From Escherichia phage IMM-001: a stretch of 32,486 nucleotides of DNA. The translations under genes were made by a program, and so were the position numbers. The notes below the pieces were generated by a model. That model was not told the origin of the DNA. It made no database searches and worked only from the letters and a program-made list of their open reading frames with translations. Of the stretch, positions 7,754 through 16,626 are shown piece by piece (position 1 is the first letter of the stretch; every line of letters starts with the position of its first letter). The stretch lies in sequence record MF630922.1. One strand, 5' to 3'.

Positions 7754-9025
7754 ATGGTAAAAGCAGATTCATATGCCACGCAGTTCCTCGGTGGGGCTAG
7801 TGATGGCAGCGAGATTTACGGTCACTTTGGCAACACCTACCTAACACCTCCTTTCGCTGATTCACTTTACGTATCCAACTCAATTGTTCGTCGCATTGTC
7901 GACACCATACCGGAGACTGCAATCGCAGCAGGTTTCCATATCGACGGCATTGATGACGAAGGTGAGTTCTGGTCCAGGTGGGATTACCTGAAGGTTAACG
8001 AGTCAATATCTGACGCGTGGTCATGGGCGAGATTATTTGGCGGCTCGGCAATTGTGGCTATCGTTAAGGATAATCGTGCGTTAACTAGTCCAGTACGTGA
8101 AGGCGCAGAACTTGAATCACTTCGAGTATACGAGCGAAGTCAGGTAAAGGTGCAAACGAAGGAGGAAAACCCTCGCAACGTGCGATTTGGTAAGCCGCTA
8201 ACGTACCGCATCACGCCTGAAGGCAGCACCATGTTTTATGACGTTCACTATTCCAGGGTTCACATCATGGATGGTGAGAAAATCCCCAGTTCATTGCGTC
8301 GCGGTAATGATGGGTGGGGTGCTAGCGTACTGACTCCTGACTTGCTGGAATCAATCAAGGATTATCAGACGTGCGAGAAGCTGGCAACTCAGTTATTGCG
8401 ACGTAAGCAACAGGCGGTTTGGAAGGCTAAAGGTCTGGCTGAATTGTGTGACGACGCTGAAGGTTTTGGCGCGGCCAGGTTGAGACTGGCTCAGGTTGAT
8501 GATAACTCTGGAGTTGGGCGTGCTATTGGTATCGATGCTGAGGCTGAAGAATACAGCGTTCTGAATTCGGATATTGGTGGTATTGATGGATTCCTCGATA
8601 AGAAGTTCGACAGGATTGTTGCTCTGAGCGGTATTCATGAAATCATACTAAAGGGCCGTAACGTTGGTGGTCTATCCTCCAGCCAAAACACAGCTCTGGA
8701 GACATTTCATAAGCTAATCGACCGCAAGCGCAATGAGGAGTTACTACCTGTCCTTGGGTTCTTAATCCCATTCATCACAACGGAGCAAGAATGGTCGGTT
8801 GAGTTTAATCCGCTAGCTCAGGAATCGAAGAAAGACCGCGCTGAAATACTGAAGAATAACGTTGACTCAATCTCAGCCCTTATCACTAACGGCGTAATGG
8901 ATACAGATGAAGCACGAGATACCTTGCGTGCATTAGCACCTGAGGTTAAGATTGGTGAAGGTTCAATTGTTACCGAGCAATCCGCTCAGGAAGATTTACC
9001 AAAAGAGGAGGTTGTAATTGAATAA
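7754..9025 (+). CDS. portal protein (423 aa)
   Basis: Size and position after terminase; 8-nt overlap with next gene. Confidence 0.7.
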   Translation: MVKADSYATQFLGGASDGSEIYGHFGNTYLTPPFADSLYVSNSIVRRIVDTIPETAIAAGFHIDGIDDEGEFWSRWDYLKVNESISDAWSWARLFGGSAIVAIVKDNRALTSPVREGAELESLRVYERSQVKVQTKEENPRNVRFGKPLTYRITPEGSTMFYDVHYSRVHIMDGEKIPSSLRRGNDGWGASVLTPDLLESIKDYQTCEKLATQLLRRKQQAVWKAKGLAELCDDAEGFGAARLRLAQVDDNSGVGRAIGIDAEAEEYSVLNSDIGGIDGFLDKKFDRIVALSGIHEIILKGRNVGGLSSSQNTALETFHKLIDRKRNEELLPVLGFLIPFITTEQEWSVEFNPLAQESKKDRAEILKNNVDSISALITNGVMDTDEARDTLRALAPEVKIGEGSIVTEQSAQEDLPKEEVVIE

Positions 9026-10124
9026 GAATCGCTTTGATACAGCATCATTCAAAGCCACTGTCGACGAGAATGGATTCCTCGTCGACACTCCAGTGGTGGC
9101 AAGGCTTGGCGTGCAGGTTTATTACATGGAGGATGGTTCTACAGTTCGCGAGTTCAGGCCAGCAGAGGAAGTATTCAAAGAGGAATCGCTAGCCAGTTAT
9201 CAGGGAAAGCCAATGACTCTGAACCACGTATTTGTAAACTCTGATAACGCCAAAGATGTAGTGGTTGGTTCGGTAACAGGCAAAGCCGAAGCTCTTGGCA
9301 GTACAGTTATTGCGCCAATTGTCGTTTACTCTCAACAGGCAATAGATGAAGCTCGCACTGGTAATGCTAAGGAATTATCAGTTGGGTACTCAGCAGTTCT
9401 TGACGAAACTCCAGGCTGGGGCGATCCGGCAACAGGTGAGTATATCCTCAGGAGTGACGCGAAGGAAAGTGATGTACCCCCTGACTGGCAAGAATTCGAT
9501 GCAATCCAGCGAGACATTAAGGTCAACCATCTGGCAATGGTATCTAGAGGCCGTGCAGGTGTGGCGAAATTGAATATGGACGGCCAGCAGGAAAACCCTT
9601 ATACTGACAACGTTGATTCTATTAAAGAGGATGTTAAAGAAATGGTTAAGATTAAACTGAATGGTACTCAGGAGTTCGAAATTGCTCCAGAAGTTGCCGC
9701 ACACATTGCAACTATTAAAAAAGACGCAGATGATGCTAAAGCTAAAGCCGACACCATTGAAGCTGAGCGTGATTCGCTGAAAGCTAAAGTTGATGCGATT
9801 CCTGCTGAAATTGAGAAAGCCGTTAAAGCCGCTAAAGCTGACGCCGAAGCACTTGCTGCTCTGGTTACTGTAGCCGCAGAGGTTGGCGTTAAGACTGACT
9901 GTCTGGATGCTAAAGGCATTAAAGTTGCATACGTTAAAGAAGTTTCTGGCCTTGATGTTGCCGATAAATCCGACGCATACATCGATGCAGCGTTCGACAT
10001 TGCCAAAGATTCTGATAAAATGGCTGAAGTTCGCAAAGCTACCGCAGCTTCCGACAAATCTGACAAGTCTGACGAACCTAAGAAATTAGACCCGCGCGCT
10101 CGTCTGGCTAAAATTAAAAAGTAA
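9018..10124 (+). CDS. head scaffold / maturation protein (368 aa), possibly protease-scaffold fusion
   Basis: C-terminal half is Ala/Lys/Asp/Glu-rich and helical like scaffolds; position between portal and capsid. Confidence 0.45.
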   Translation: MNKNRFDTASFKATVDENGFLVDTPVVARLGVQVYYMEDGSTVREFRPAEEVFKEESLASYQGKPMTLNHVFVNSDNAKDVVVGSVTGKAEALGSTVIAPIVVYSQQAIDEARTGNAKELSVGYSAVLDETPGWGDPATGEYILRSDAKESDVPPDWQEFDAIQRDIKVNHLAMVSRGRAGVAKLNMDGQQENPYTDNVDSIKEDVKEMVKIKLNGTQEFEIAPEVAAHIATIKKDADDAKAKADTIEAERDSLKAKVDAIPAEIEKAVKAAKADAEALAALVTVAAEVGVKTDCLDAKGIKVAYVKEVSGLDVADKSDAYIDAAFDIAKDSDKMAEVRKATAASDKSDKSDEPKKLDPRARLAKIKK

Positions 10125-10135
10125 GGAGATAGATA

Positions 10136-10609
10136 ATGGCAATTCGTTCTGTAGCACTGGCAGGTATGGTAGCTGATACCTCCCTGTATAATATCGATGG
10201 CGCTTGTGTAGTTGGTGGCTCTGCTGCAATTCCTGTTGGTACTGTTGTTGGTGTTACGTCCGCTCAGCCTGTTGATGGGCACAAGGTAGTAGCTGCAACT
10301 GGTATTACCGCCGCTAACGTTCTTGGTGTTGTTGTTCGATCTCATTACGAGACTCCAGACGGCACAGCTCGCGTAAATGAAGCGGTTAACGTAATGACTT
10401 CTGGTCGTATCTGGGTTCGCACAACTCTTGATGCCGCCCCTGCATTTGGCGCTCCGGTTCTTGTTTCTGCAACTGGTGTTGTTGAGGAGGCTGGTGCTGT
10501 AGCGACTGGCTGGACCTTCGCTGGTGGCTTCATCCCTAACACTGGCACTAAGCCGCAAGACCTTAGCGTAGATGGCGCTCTGGTTGAAGTTCAGGTTAAA
10601 CAGAAGTAA
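10136..10609 (+). CDS. putative capsid decoration/cement protein (157 aa)
   Basis: Small Gly/Ala/Val-rich protein between scaffold and major capsid; position-based. Confidence 0.3.
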   Translation: MAIRSVALAGMVADTSLYNIDGACVVGGSAAIPVGTVVGVTSAQPVDGHKVVAATGITAANVLGVVVRSHYETPDGTARVNEAVNVMTSGRIWVRTTLDAAPAFGAPVLVSATGVVEEAGAVATGWTFAGGFIPNTGTKPQDLSVDGALVEVQVKQK

Positions 10610-10631
10610 TAAATATAGCAGTGTAAATAAG

Positions 10632-10652
10632 CCTCCTTCGGGAGGTTTTTTT
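10632..10652 (+). terminator. Rho-independent terminator
   Basis: cctcc-ttcg-ggagg then T7. Confidence 0.7.
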
Positions 10653-10679
10653 GTAATCAAATGCTGCCTATGTTATATT
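10651..10679 (+). promoter_or_regulatory. Sigma70-like promoter (TTGTAA, 17 nt, TATATT)
   Basis: Hexamers at canonical spacing just after the terminator. Confidence 0.4.
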
Positions 10680-10698
10680 CAACTCTCATCTAAAAAAA

Positions 10699-10926
10699 AT
10701 GAGATTAAACATGGCTTACACCGAAGTTAAGGCTATTAGTGCAGATAGCGGTCGATTCAATACACTGCTTCAAGCCGCCATCGATGGTGGTTTTCAGCCA
10801 GTAAGTAAAATCACGGTAAATGGCTCACAGTCATATTCCATCGTCGTAGCAAAAGGCGCTGACAGTTCAATCACTGAAGCGAATGATCACCTCCACCAAT
10901 ATGCGCAAGCTGTTCGAAGCTGTTGA
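10699..10926 (+). CDS. hypothetical protein (75 aa)
   Basis: ORF in terminator/promoter-bounded cassette; overlaps next ORF in +1 frame. Confidence 0.35.
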   Translation: MRLNMAYTEVKAISADSGRFNTLLQAAIDGGFQPVSKITVNGSQSYSIVVAKGADSSITEANDHLHQYAQAVRSC

Positions 10927-11398
10927 AGCTGCGTCTGATGATGGCTTCACAATTGATACGTCAAGCCTGAGTCTATCATCAGGTCAGTTCTTTGCTTATG
11001 CATATAAAGGCAGTGCTGGTGGTTCTGTTTCTGTGGCGTGGGGAGACGTAACTGGCAAACCAACCACCTTTGCGCCAATTGTCGGCACTGGTGCGACCCA
11101 AGCAATGGCTGGCAATAAGACGCTGGCTAACATTGGTGGCGTAGTTCCCTTGTCTGGCCTTCCTATTGCAAGCACCACTGCCGCTGGCATTATCCAGATT
11201 GGCACTGGCGCAACTAACGCAATGCCGGGTAACAAGTTTGTTGCTGGCGCGGCGGTTGCTAACGTTACTGCTCAGACCGTGACTGGTGCTGATGCCGAAG
11301 CGGTGGCAACCTCAGCTACCACAGCTGTTAACGAAGTAGCCACCAAGTTAAACGACCTTCTCGCACAGCTGCGAGTCGCCAAGATCATCGCGGGCTAA
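10883..11398 (+). CDS. Gly/Ala/Thr-rich repeat protein (171 aa), possible fibre/decoration protein
   Basis: Internal direct repeat GTGATQAMAGNK / GTGATNAMPGNK and helical C-terminus; start uncertain (10883 or 10901). Confidence 0.35.
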   Translation: MITSTNMRKLFEAVEAASDDGFTIDTSSLSLSSGQFFAYAYKGSAGGSVSVAWGDVTGKPTTFAPIVGTGATQAMAGNKTLANIGGVVPLSGLPIASTTAAGIIQIGTGATNAMPGNKFVAGAAVANVTAQTVTGADAEAVATSATTAVNEVATKLNDLLAQLRVAKIIAG

Positions 11399-11424
11399 CG
11401 CCAAGCTGGCGGATAACTCACCTG

Positions 11425-11452
11425 TTGATTTGTGGTCGCCATGCTGTATAAT
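11425..11452 (+). promoter_or_regulatory. Sigma70-like promoter (TTGATT, 16 nt, TATAAT) upstream of major capsid gene
   Basis: Near-consensus hexamers. Confidence 0.55.
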
Positions 11453-11490
11453 TGACTCGTACATACATAACTGAAAAGGAATAAACAAGA

Positions 11491-12432
11491 ATGGCCATTA
11501 AATTTGATGCAGAACAAGCAAAAATCACCGCTCACCTTGAGCAAATGGGTGTAGATAAGGCTGATGCTGCTGGTATCTGGACCGTTAAGCAGTTGACCGC
11601 GAATCTGGCGCGCGCTTACGAAGCAGAGTATTCGGAAAACTCCGTAGTTAATATCTTCCCTGTAACTAACGAAATCCCAAGTCACGCAAAGTATTTTGAG
11701 TATCCTGAGTTTGACGGAGCAGCAATTGCACAGATTATCGCTGAATACTCTGATGACCTGCCGCTGGTTGATGCGTTCATGACCGAGAAACAAGGTAAAG
11801 TGTTCCGCTTCGGTAACGCATTCCTGATCTCCATCGACGAAATCAAAGCAGGTGCAGCAACTGGTCAGTCACTGTCATCTCGCAAACAGGCTCTGGCATT
11901 CGAAGCGCACGATAACCTGCTTGATAAACTTGTATGGTCTGGCTCTGCACCGCACGGCATTCCTAGCGTATTCAATGCGCCGAACGTTAACCAGGTTGTT
12001 GCTGGTACTTGGAACTCCGCGGCTGCTGCTATGACTGACATTACCGCTCTTATCGATGCTATCGAAACAGCGACCAATGGCGCTCACACCGCGACTGATA
12101 TCCTGCTTCCAGCTTCCGCTCGCCGCCTGATGCAAGAATTGGTGCCGAATACCTCTATCAGCTACGCGCAGTTGTTTGCAACCAATAACTCCGGCATCAC
12201 TTTGCGCTATCTGCAATTCCTGGACAACTACGACGGCGCAAACGGCAAAGCTGCACTGGCATTTGAAAAAAATCCGTTAAATCTTAGTATTGAGATTCCA
12301 GAAGTTACTAACGTACTTCCGGGCCAACCGAAGGATTTACATTTCAAATACCCGGTGACTTCAAAGGCTACAGGCTTGATTTTATATAGGCCGCTAACTG
12401 TTTCCGTACTGAAAGGCATTACCTACGCCTAA
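11491..12432 (+). CDS. major capsid protein (313 aa)
   Basis: Size, position, own promoter and terminator; not motif-verified. Confidence 0.6.
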   Translation: MAIKFDAEQAKITAHLEQMGVDKADAAGIWTVKQLTANLARAYEAEYSENSVVNIFPVTNEIPSHAKYFEYPEFDGAAIAQIIAEYSDDLPLVDAFMTEKQGKVFRFGNAFLISIDEIKAGAATGQSLSSRKQALAFEAHDNLLDKLVWSGSAPHGIPSVFNAPNVNQVVAGTWNSAAAAMTDITALIDAIETATNGAHTATDILLPASARRLMQELVPNTSISYAQLFATNNSGITLRYLQFLDNYDGANGKAALAFEKNPLNLSIEIPEVTNVLPGQPKDLHFKYPVTSKATGLILYRPLTVSVLKGITYA

Positions 12433-12452
12433 TGGCACTAAATGACAAAACA

Positions 12453-12481
12453 ATACCACCGAAAGGTGGTATTTTTGTTTT
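12453..12481 (+). terminator. Rho-independent terminator
   Basis: ataccacc-gaaa-ggtggtat then T-rich run. Confidence 0.75.
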
Positions 12482-12507
12482 AACACAACGCTAATAGTGG
12501 TGCGGTT

Positions 12508-12981
12508 ATGGAATTTTCAGATTATATAGTTTACGACAATGGGAAGTTACGCTGGAAGAAGAAGACAGGGAGGTCAACCCAGATAGGCAAGGAGATAGGA
12601 ATAAATTCAGGGAGCGGATACCTTACATTCAAGTTTTATGGTAAAAGATACAAAGTCCACAGGGTTGTGTGGATGATAATGGTTGGGCCAATACCTGATG
12701 GTATGGAAACTGATCACATAAATCATGTTCGAGACGATAATAGAATTGAGAATCTCAGGCTTGTATCAAGGATTGAGAACATGAAGAACAAAAGCGTTTA
12801 CAGAAGCAACTCTTCCGGATTTTGCGGGGTTAGTGTCAAAAGCAGCGGCATGTACCACGCCTACATACAGTTTAATGGGAAGCAAGTAAACCTTGGTTTA
12901 TTTAAGGAAAAGCAGGATGCAGTAACGGCAAGATTGGAGGCAGAAATGGTTTATGGATTTCATGATAATCATGGGTTATAA
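12508..12981 (+). CDS. HNH homing-type endonuclease (157 aa)
   Basis: ETDHINHVRDDNRIENLRLVSRIENMKNK motif; free-standing between capsid and neck genes. Confidence 0.8.
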   Translation: MEFSDYIVYDNGKLRWKKKTGRSTQIGKEIGINSGSGYLTFKFYGKRYKVHRVVWMIMVGPIPDGMETDHINHVRDDNRIENLRLVSRIENMKNKSVYRSNSSGFCGVSVKSSGMYHAYIQFNGKQVNLGLFKEKQDAVTARLEAEMVYGFHDNHGL

Positions 12982-13013
12982 TCAACCATCAATTAATAAA
13001 AGTGGAGCAACAA

Positions 13014-13259
13014 ATGATTCGTTTAGAACACACTGGCGCGTGCATGATTACCTTTCGTGGTGTGAATTATATGCCAGGTGAATTCATCGAGGTCGAGGAA
13101 ATTAACGCTGGACTTAAGAGCTTGATTGCAGAAGGCCGCTTGCAGATTGATGGCGACACCAAAGCAACTAAAGAAATTGCCGCAGAGGTTAAAGCAAAGT
13201 CTAAGCGCAAAGAACCGAAGACCATTGACGAAGCTCAGACTGGTCAGGAATATAAATAA
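13014..13259 (+). CDS. hypothetical protein (81 aa)
   Basis: ATG 13014 with RBS agtggag; ORF-track start 13002 is GTG. Confidence 0.4.
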   Translation: MIRLEHTGACMITFRGVNYMPGEFIEVEEINAGLKSLIAEGRLQIDGDTKATKEIAAEVKAKSKRKEPKTIDEAQTGQEYK

Positions 13260-13264
13260 CCAAA

Positions 13265-13287
13265 TGGGCGCTTCGGCGTCCGTTTTT
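13265..13287 (+). terminator. Rho-independent terminator
   Basis: gggcgc-ttcg-gcgtcc (one G-U) then T5. Confidence 0.55.
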
Positions 13288-13300
13288 GCATGGGGGTTTT

Positions 13301-13696
13301 ATGAACGAACAAGCATTGGCATTTATGAGATCACTGGTTCCAGCTTTGCGTAACGTTCCAGATGAAACGCTGGACGCATGGCTTGAACTGGCTAAACTTT
13401 ACATCTGCGCTAGTAAGTTTGGTGACGATGCTTACAAGGCGCTGGCGTTATACACTCTGCACATTGCCTTTCTTGATGGCGCGCTTAAGCAGAATGGGTC
13501 GCTCGATGATTATGGGAAGAAAATTGCAAGTTACTCCCTGAGCGGTGAATACTCTATCAGGCATGAATCCACCTCGCAAACACAATCATCAATGACAGCC
13601 ACCCCGTGGGGTAGGCTTTACTGGAACCTCCTGCGTAAGAAAGGTGGCGGTTTTGGCTTTATTACGTCCGCTGGGCGTGGGTGCGGTTGCCGATGA
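13301..13696 (+). CDS. putative head-tail connector protein (131 aa)
   Basis: Position and size; ATG 13301 chosen over TTG 13286. Confidence 0.35.
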   Translation: MNEQALAFMRSLVPALRNVPDETLDAWLELAKLYICASKFGDDAYKALALYTLHIAFLDGALKQNGSLDDYGKKIASYSLSGEYSIRHESTSQTQSSMTATPWGRLYWNLLRKKGGGFGFITSAGRGCGCR

Positions 13697-14064
13697 ATTA
13701 CTCCCAAGTAGAATCATTAATGCGCACGGGCATCAATATCTTTAGTGATGGCGATGGTACGTTTACCATGGAAACTGGTAAAGGCGGTGTTGAAATTGTT
13801 GACGGCGTTGAAGTTCCCGTGGCTGGCGGAACTGCGTTAATTAAGGGGCTGGTGAGGGAGATTAAAACCAGGGATATTGATGGTGAGTATATTCAATTTG
13901 GTGACAAGCGTGGAATTTTCACTTCGGAAGTCCCAATCTTGCAGGGCTACAGGATTATAGTGGACGATGAAACTTACACTGTAGTCGACCCAAGGCCAGT
14001 TAAACCAACTGGCACAGTGGTCGCTTACAGGCCAATTCTAAGAAGGATTGCTACCTATGGCTAG
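13681..14064 (+). CDS. putative head-tail adaptor/neck protein (127 aa)
   Basis: Overlapping coupled ORF in neck region. Confidence 0.35.
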   Translation: MRLPMNYSQVESLMRTGINIFSDGDGTFTMETGKGGVEIVDGVEVPVAGGTALIKGLVREIKTRDIDGEYIQFGDKRGIFTSEVPILQGYRIIVDDETYTVVDPRPVKPTGTVVAYRPILRRIATYG

Positions 14065-14494
14065 AAACATTGGTGGGGTAGCTACATTTACGAATAGTAT
14101 TGCTGATTGGATTGATAGGGCTGATTCTAATGTGTCTGAAGTTGTGTCTGGCACTGTTATTAAAGCAGCTAACGCCATTGTTGATTTATCTCCCGTTGAT
14201 ACTGGTAGGTTCAAAGCCAACTGGCAGATTACCGCTAACTCACCAGCTGCGCAGTCCCTGAATGAGTACGATAAAACTGGTGGCGATACGAAAAGATATC
14301 TGGCAAGGCAAGCTCAAGCAGTTGCTAACTCACCAGCAACAAAGGTTATCTACATAACCAACAGGCTTGATTACGCTTCTGACCTTGAATACGGTGCATC
14401 GCAGCAAGCTCCGGCTGGTGTTCTTGGGGTTGTAAATATCAGGCTTGGACGGTACTTCGAAGAAGCTGTTGCTGAAACAAGGAGTAAACGATAA
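14048..14494 (+). CDS. putative neck/tail completion protein (148 aa)
   Basis: Position-based. Confidence 0.35.
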   Translation: MLPMARNIGGVATFTNSIADWIDRADSNVSEVVSGTVIKAANAIVDLSPVDTGRFKANWQITANSPAAQSLNEYDKTGGDTKRYLARQAQAVANSPATKVIYITNRLDYASDLEYGASQQAPAGVLGVVNIRLGRYFEEAVAETRSKR

Positions 14495-14892
14495 TGCAGT
14501 ATGAGCTATCTTTAGCAGCAAGGAGGTTTGTGACTGATTTGGTTAAAACGTTTCCAGTCAGGTACCCAATCTCATACGAAAACGTGGCCTTCTCTCCACC
14601 AAGCAATGGAGGTATGTGGCTGAAATACGATTACACAGAGGCCGATACGGTAACTTATAGCTTGAGTCGAAAGTGCAAATACTATGTTGGCATGGTTCAG
14701 GTGTCTGTATTTTTCTCACCAGGTGATGGTGTTGATAGTGCAAGGAGAATTGCTAATCAATTGGCAGAATCAATGCTTGATGGTACAATGCTTGACACAG
14801 GCTACATTTATGAGGGTGGGGTAGTTCACCCAGTAGTGAAGTCAAAATCTGGCTGGTTTATTCCAGTTCGTTTCTATGTTCGTCTTGACTAA
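14494..14892 (+). CDS. putative tail terminator protein (132 aa)
   Basis: Position just before major tail protein. Confidence 0.35.
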   Translation: MQYELSLAARRFVTDLVKTFPVRYPISYENVAFSPPSNGGMWLKYDYTEADTVTYSLSRKCKYYVGMVQVSVFFSPGDGVDSARRIANQLAESMLDGTMLDTGYIYEGGVVHPVVKSKSGWFIPVRFYVRLD

Positions 14893-14904
14893 AAAGGAAA
14901 ATAT

Positions 14905-15564
14905 ATGGCCCATCTCAGCAATGGCACCCAAGTCTTCGTAGAAGGTAGTAGGGGTGAAGCTATCAACGTAACCGCAATTTCTAATGCGGCTAACCCTGTT
15001 TTTACCGTGGCTGCCAGTTCAGGCTTAGCGGTTGGTGACTACATTCTAGTAACCAGCGCATCATCTACATTTATGGCAGATAAGCAGCTTCGCGTAACGG
15101 CAGTTTCAGACACTAGCGTCACGGTTGAAGGCATTGACACCTCCAATGTCACCAAATTCCCAGCTGGCGGAACGGCTGAAATCGTTAAGATTCTTAGTTG
15201 GTTTGAGATTCCTTGCGTTCAGGACGTATCAACTGACGGTGGCGAACAGCAGTTCGTTAACTTCCAGTGCTTGTCCGATGACCGTGAGCAACAAATTCCA
15301 ACTTACAAGTCTGCGGTAACAAATACCTACACGTTCGCGCACGAATACACCAACCCGGTATATCCTATTCTGCGTAACTATGACGAAGCTGGTACTGTTG
15401 TTGCTATCCGTATGTTTGTACCTCGCGCTAGTGAGATGCGTCTTCAGTCTGGTACCATCGCCTTTAACGACACCCCAAGCATTGGTGTCAACGAAATCGA
15501 AACGGTATCCATCGCGGTATCTATCCGTGGCAGGCTGAGTTCTGTAGCATCTGAACTGTCATAA
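14905..15564 (+). CDS. major tail protein (219 aa)
   Basis: Position before chaperones and tape measure; strong terminator after it. Confidence 0.55.
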   Translation: MAHLSNGTQVFVEGSRGEAINVTAISNAANPVFTVAASSGLAVGDYILVTSASSTFMADKQLRVTAVSDTSVTVEGIDTSNVTKFPAGGTAEIVKILSWFEIPCVQDVSTDGGEQQFVNFQCLSDDREQQIPTYKSAVTNTYTFAHEYTNPVYPILRNYDEAGTVVAIRMFVPRASEMRLQSGTIAFNDTPSIGVNEIETVSIAVSIRGRLSSVASELS

Positions 15565-15571
15565 AAATTAA

Positions 15572-15593
15572 CCCTCTTCGGAGGGTTTTTTAT
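15572..15593 (+). terminator. Rho-independent terminator
   Basis: ccctc-ttcg-gaggg then T6. Confidence 0.75.
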
Positions 15594-15594
15594 T

Positions 15595-15639
15595 GATAGC
15601 ACTTTTTGTTAAAGGCTATTGTGTTGATTGCTGTATAGT
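15595..15639 (+). promoter_or_regulatory. Conserved IR promoter-like cassette copy 5, variant (GATAGCAC-ttt-TTGTTAAA, 22 nt, TATAGT)
   Basis: Motif family; leader tcattcatcgaaacg. Confidence 0.5.
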
Positions 15640-15672
15640 TCATTCATCGAAACGAAATGATAGATTAATGAA

Positions 15673-15924
15673 ATGAACAACGTAAAAAATATCATCAAAC
15701 TTGCTGCTGCTCTTGGTGCTTTCTACCTGGCAATTCAGATTGTCAACCCAACTAGTGGCGCAACAGCAAACTCTGATGCAATAAAGTATGAAACTAAATT
15801 CAATAGCGCATATTCATACTGTGAAAAAGTTGCTGGAGACAAGGTTAATCAGATCATGACTCATGGTCGCGAAGTGTGCACAGAAGTTGCTCACAAAATT
15901 GCAAAAGAAGACGAATCAAAGTAA
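15673..15924 (+). CDS. small secreted or membrane protein (83 aa)
   Basis: N-terminal hydrophobic stretch LAAALGAFYLAIQIV after a Lys-containing n-region; two Cys in mature part. Confidence 0.45.
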   Translation: MNNVKNIIKLAAALGAFYLAIQIVNPTSGATANSDAIKYETKFNSAYSYCEKVAGDKVNQIMTHGREVCTEVAHKIAKEDESK

Positions 15925-15959
15925 TATAATCATTCAACACAAACAAAGGAGATAATGAG

Positions 15960-16274
15960 ATGGCAAAATTTAAACTTTCACTTAAGGCGCTTCCTGACTT
16001 TAAACTTCCAGTTAAGTTTCAGCTGGCTAATGGTGAAGATGCTGAAGTAGTACTAACAGTTAAGCACAAGAAATCATCTGAGTTGCAGGAGATTCTTAAT
16101 CGTGAAAACTTCAGCACTAAAGAATTGATTAGCGAAATCTGCTCTGACTGGGATTTAGAAGAGCCATTTAACGATGAAAACGTAGATGAGTTTGCAAACC
16201 TTTTTCCTGGCGCTGTTCCATCACTGATGGATAGCTACATGAAAGCGCTTGCAGGTCAGCGAGTAAAAAACTAA
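15960..16274 (+). CDS. tail assembly chaperone, lambda G-like (104 aa)
   Basis: Position before tape measure; ends with slippery heptamer. Confidence 0.6.
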   Translation: MAKFKLSLKALPDFKLPVKFQLANGEDAEVVLTVKHKKSSELQEILNRENFSTKELISEICSDWDLEEPFNDENVDEFANLFPGAVPSLMDSYMKALAGQRVKN

Positions 16275-16588
16275 AACGCGCAGTATACCTACAATACCAG
16301 TCGCCGCCAACGGATTCCGAACTTGAAGCTATAGGAATGAAACGTTCCGACTACGAAGGTGAAGAGCCCGAGGAGTTATTCTTCGATGAAACAATGATGC
16401 AAAGCTGGGATGTGTACTGTGCTATGTCAACACAATGGCGAGTAGGAGCTTGCGGCGCCACAGGTCTTGATTACAATTGCCTTCCATTCTTGTTCAAAGT
16501 CTATAAAATAGATGATGAAGAAATGGCACTTAACGATATCAGAATACTTGAGGCTAAAGCCTTAGATATGATGAACGCCAAGAAATAG
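15960..16588 (+). CDS. tail assembly chaperone GT-like fusion via putative -1 frameshift at A_AAA_AAC (16265..16271)
   Basis: The -1 frame is open from 16235 through 16588 and overlaps the end of the G-like ORF; the downstream ORF has no convincing RBS. Confidence 0.5.
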
Positions 16589-16613
16589 CCATCCTTCGGG
16601 GTGGCTTTTTTTA
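16587..16613 (+). terminator. Rho-independent terminator
   Basis: agccatcc-ttcg-gggtggct then T7. Confidence 0.7.
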
Positions 16614-16626
16614 TTATGGAGACAAT

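Noticed and set aside
13126-13353. ORF 13126..13353 (75 aa) and antisense ORFs inside larger genes (493..675, 9668..10660, 16699..16971, 18924..19355, 26866..27437 and others)
   Set aside because: They overlap better-supported genes on the other strand or span a terminator hairpin, are low-complexity, and lack ribosome-binding sites.
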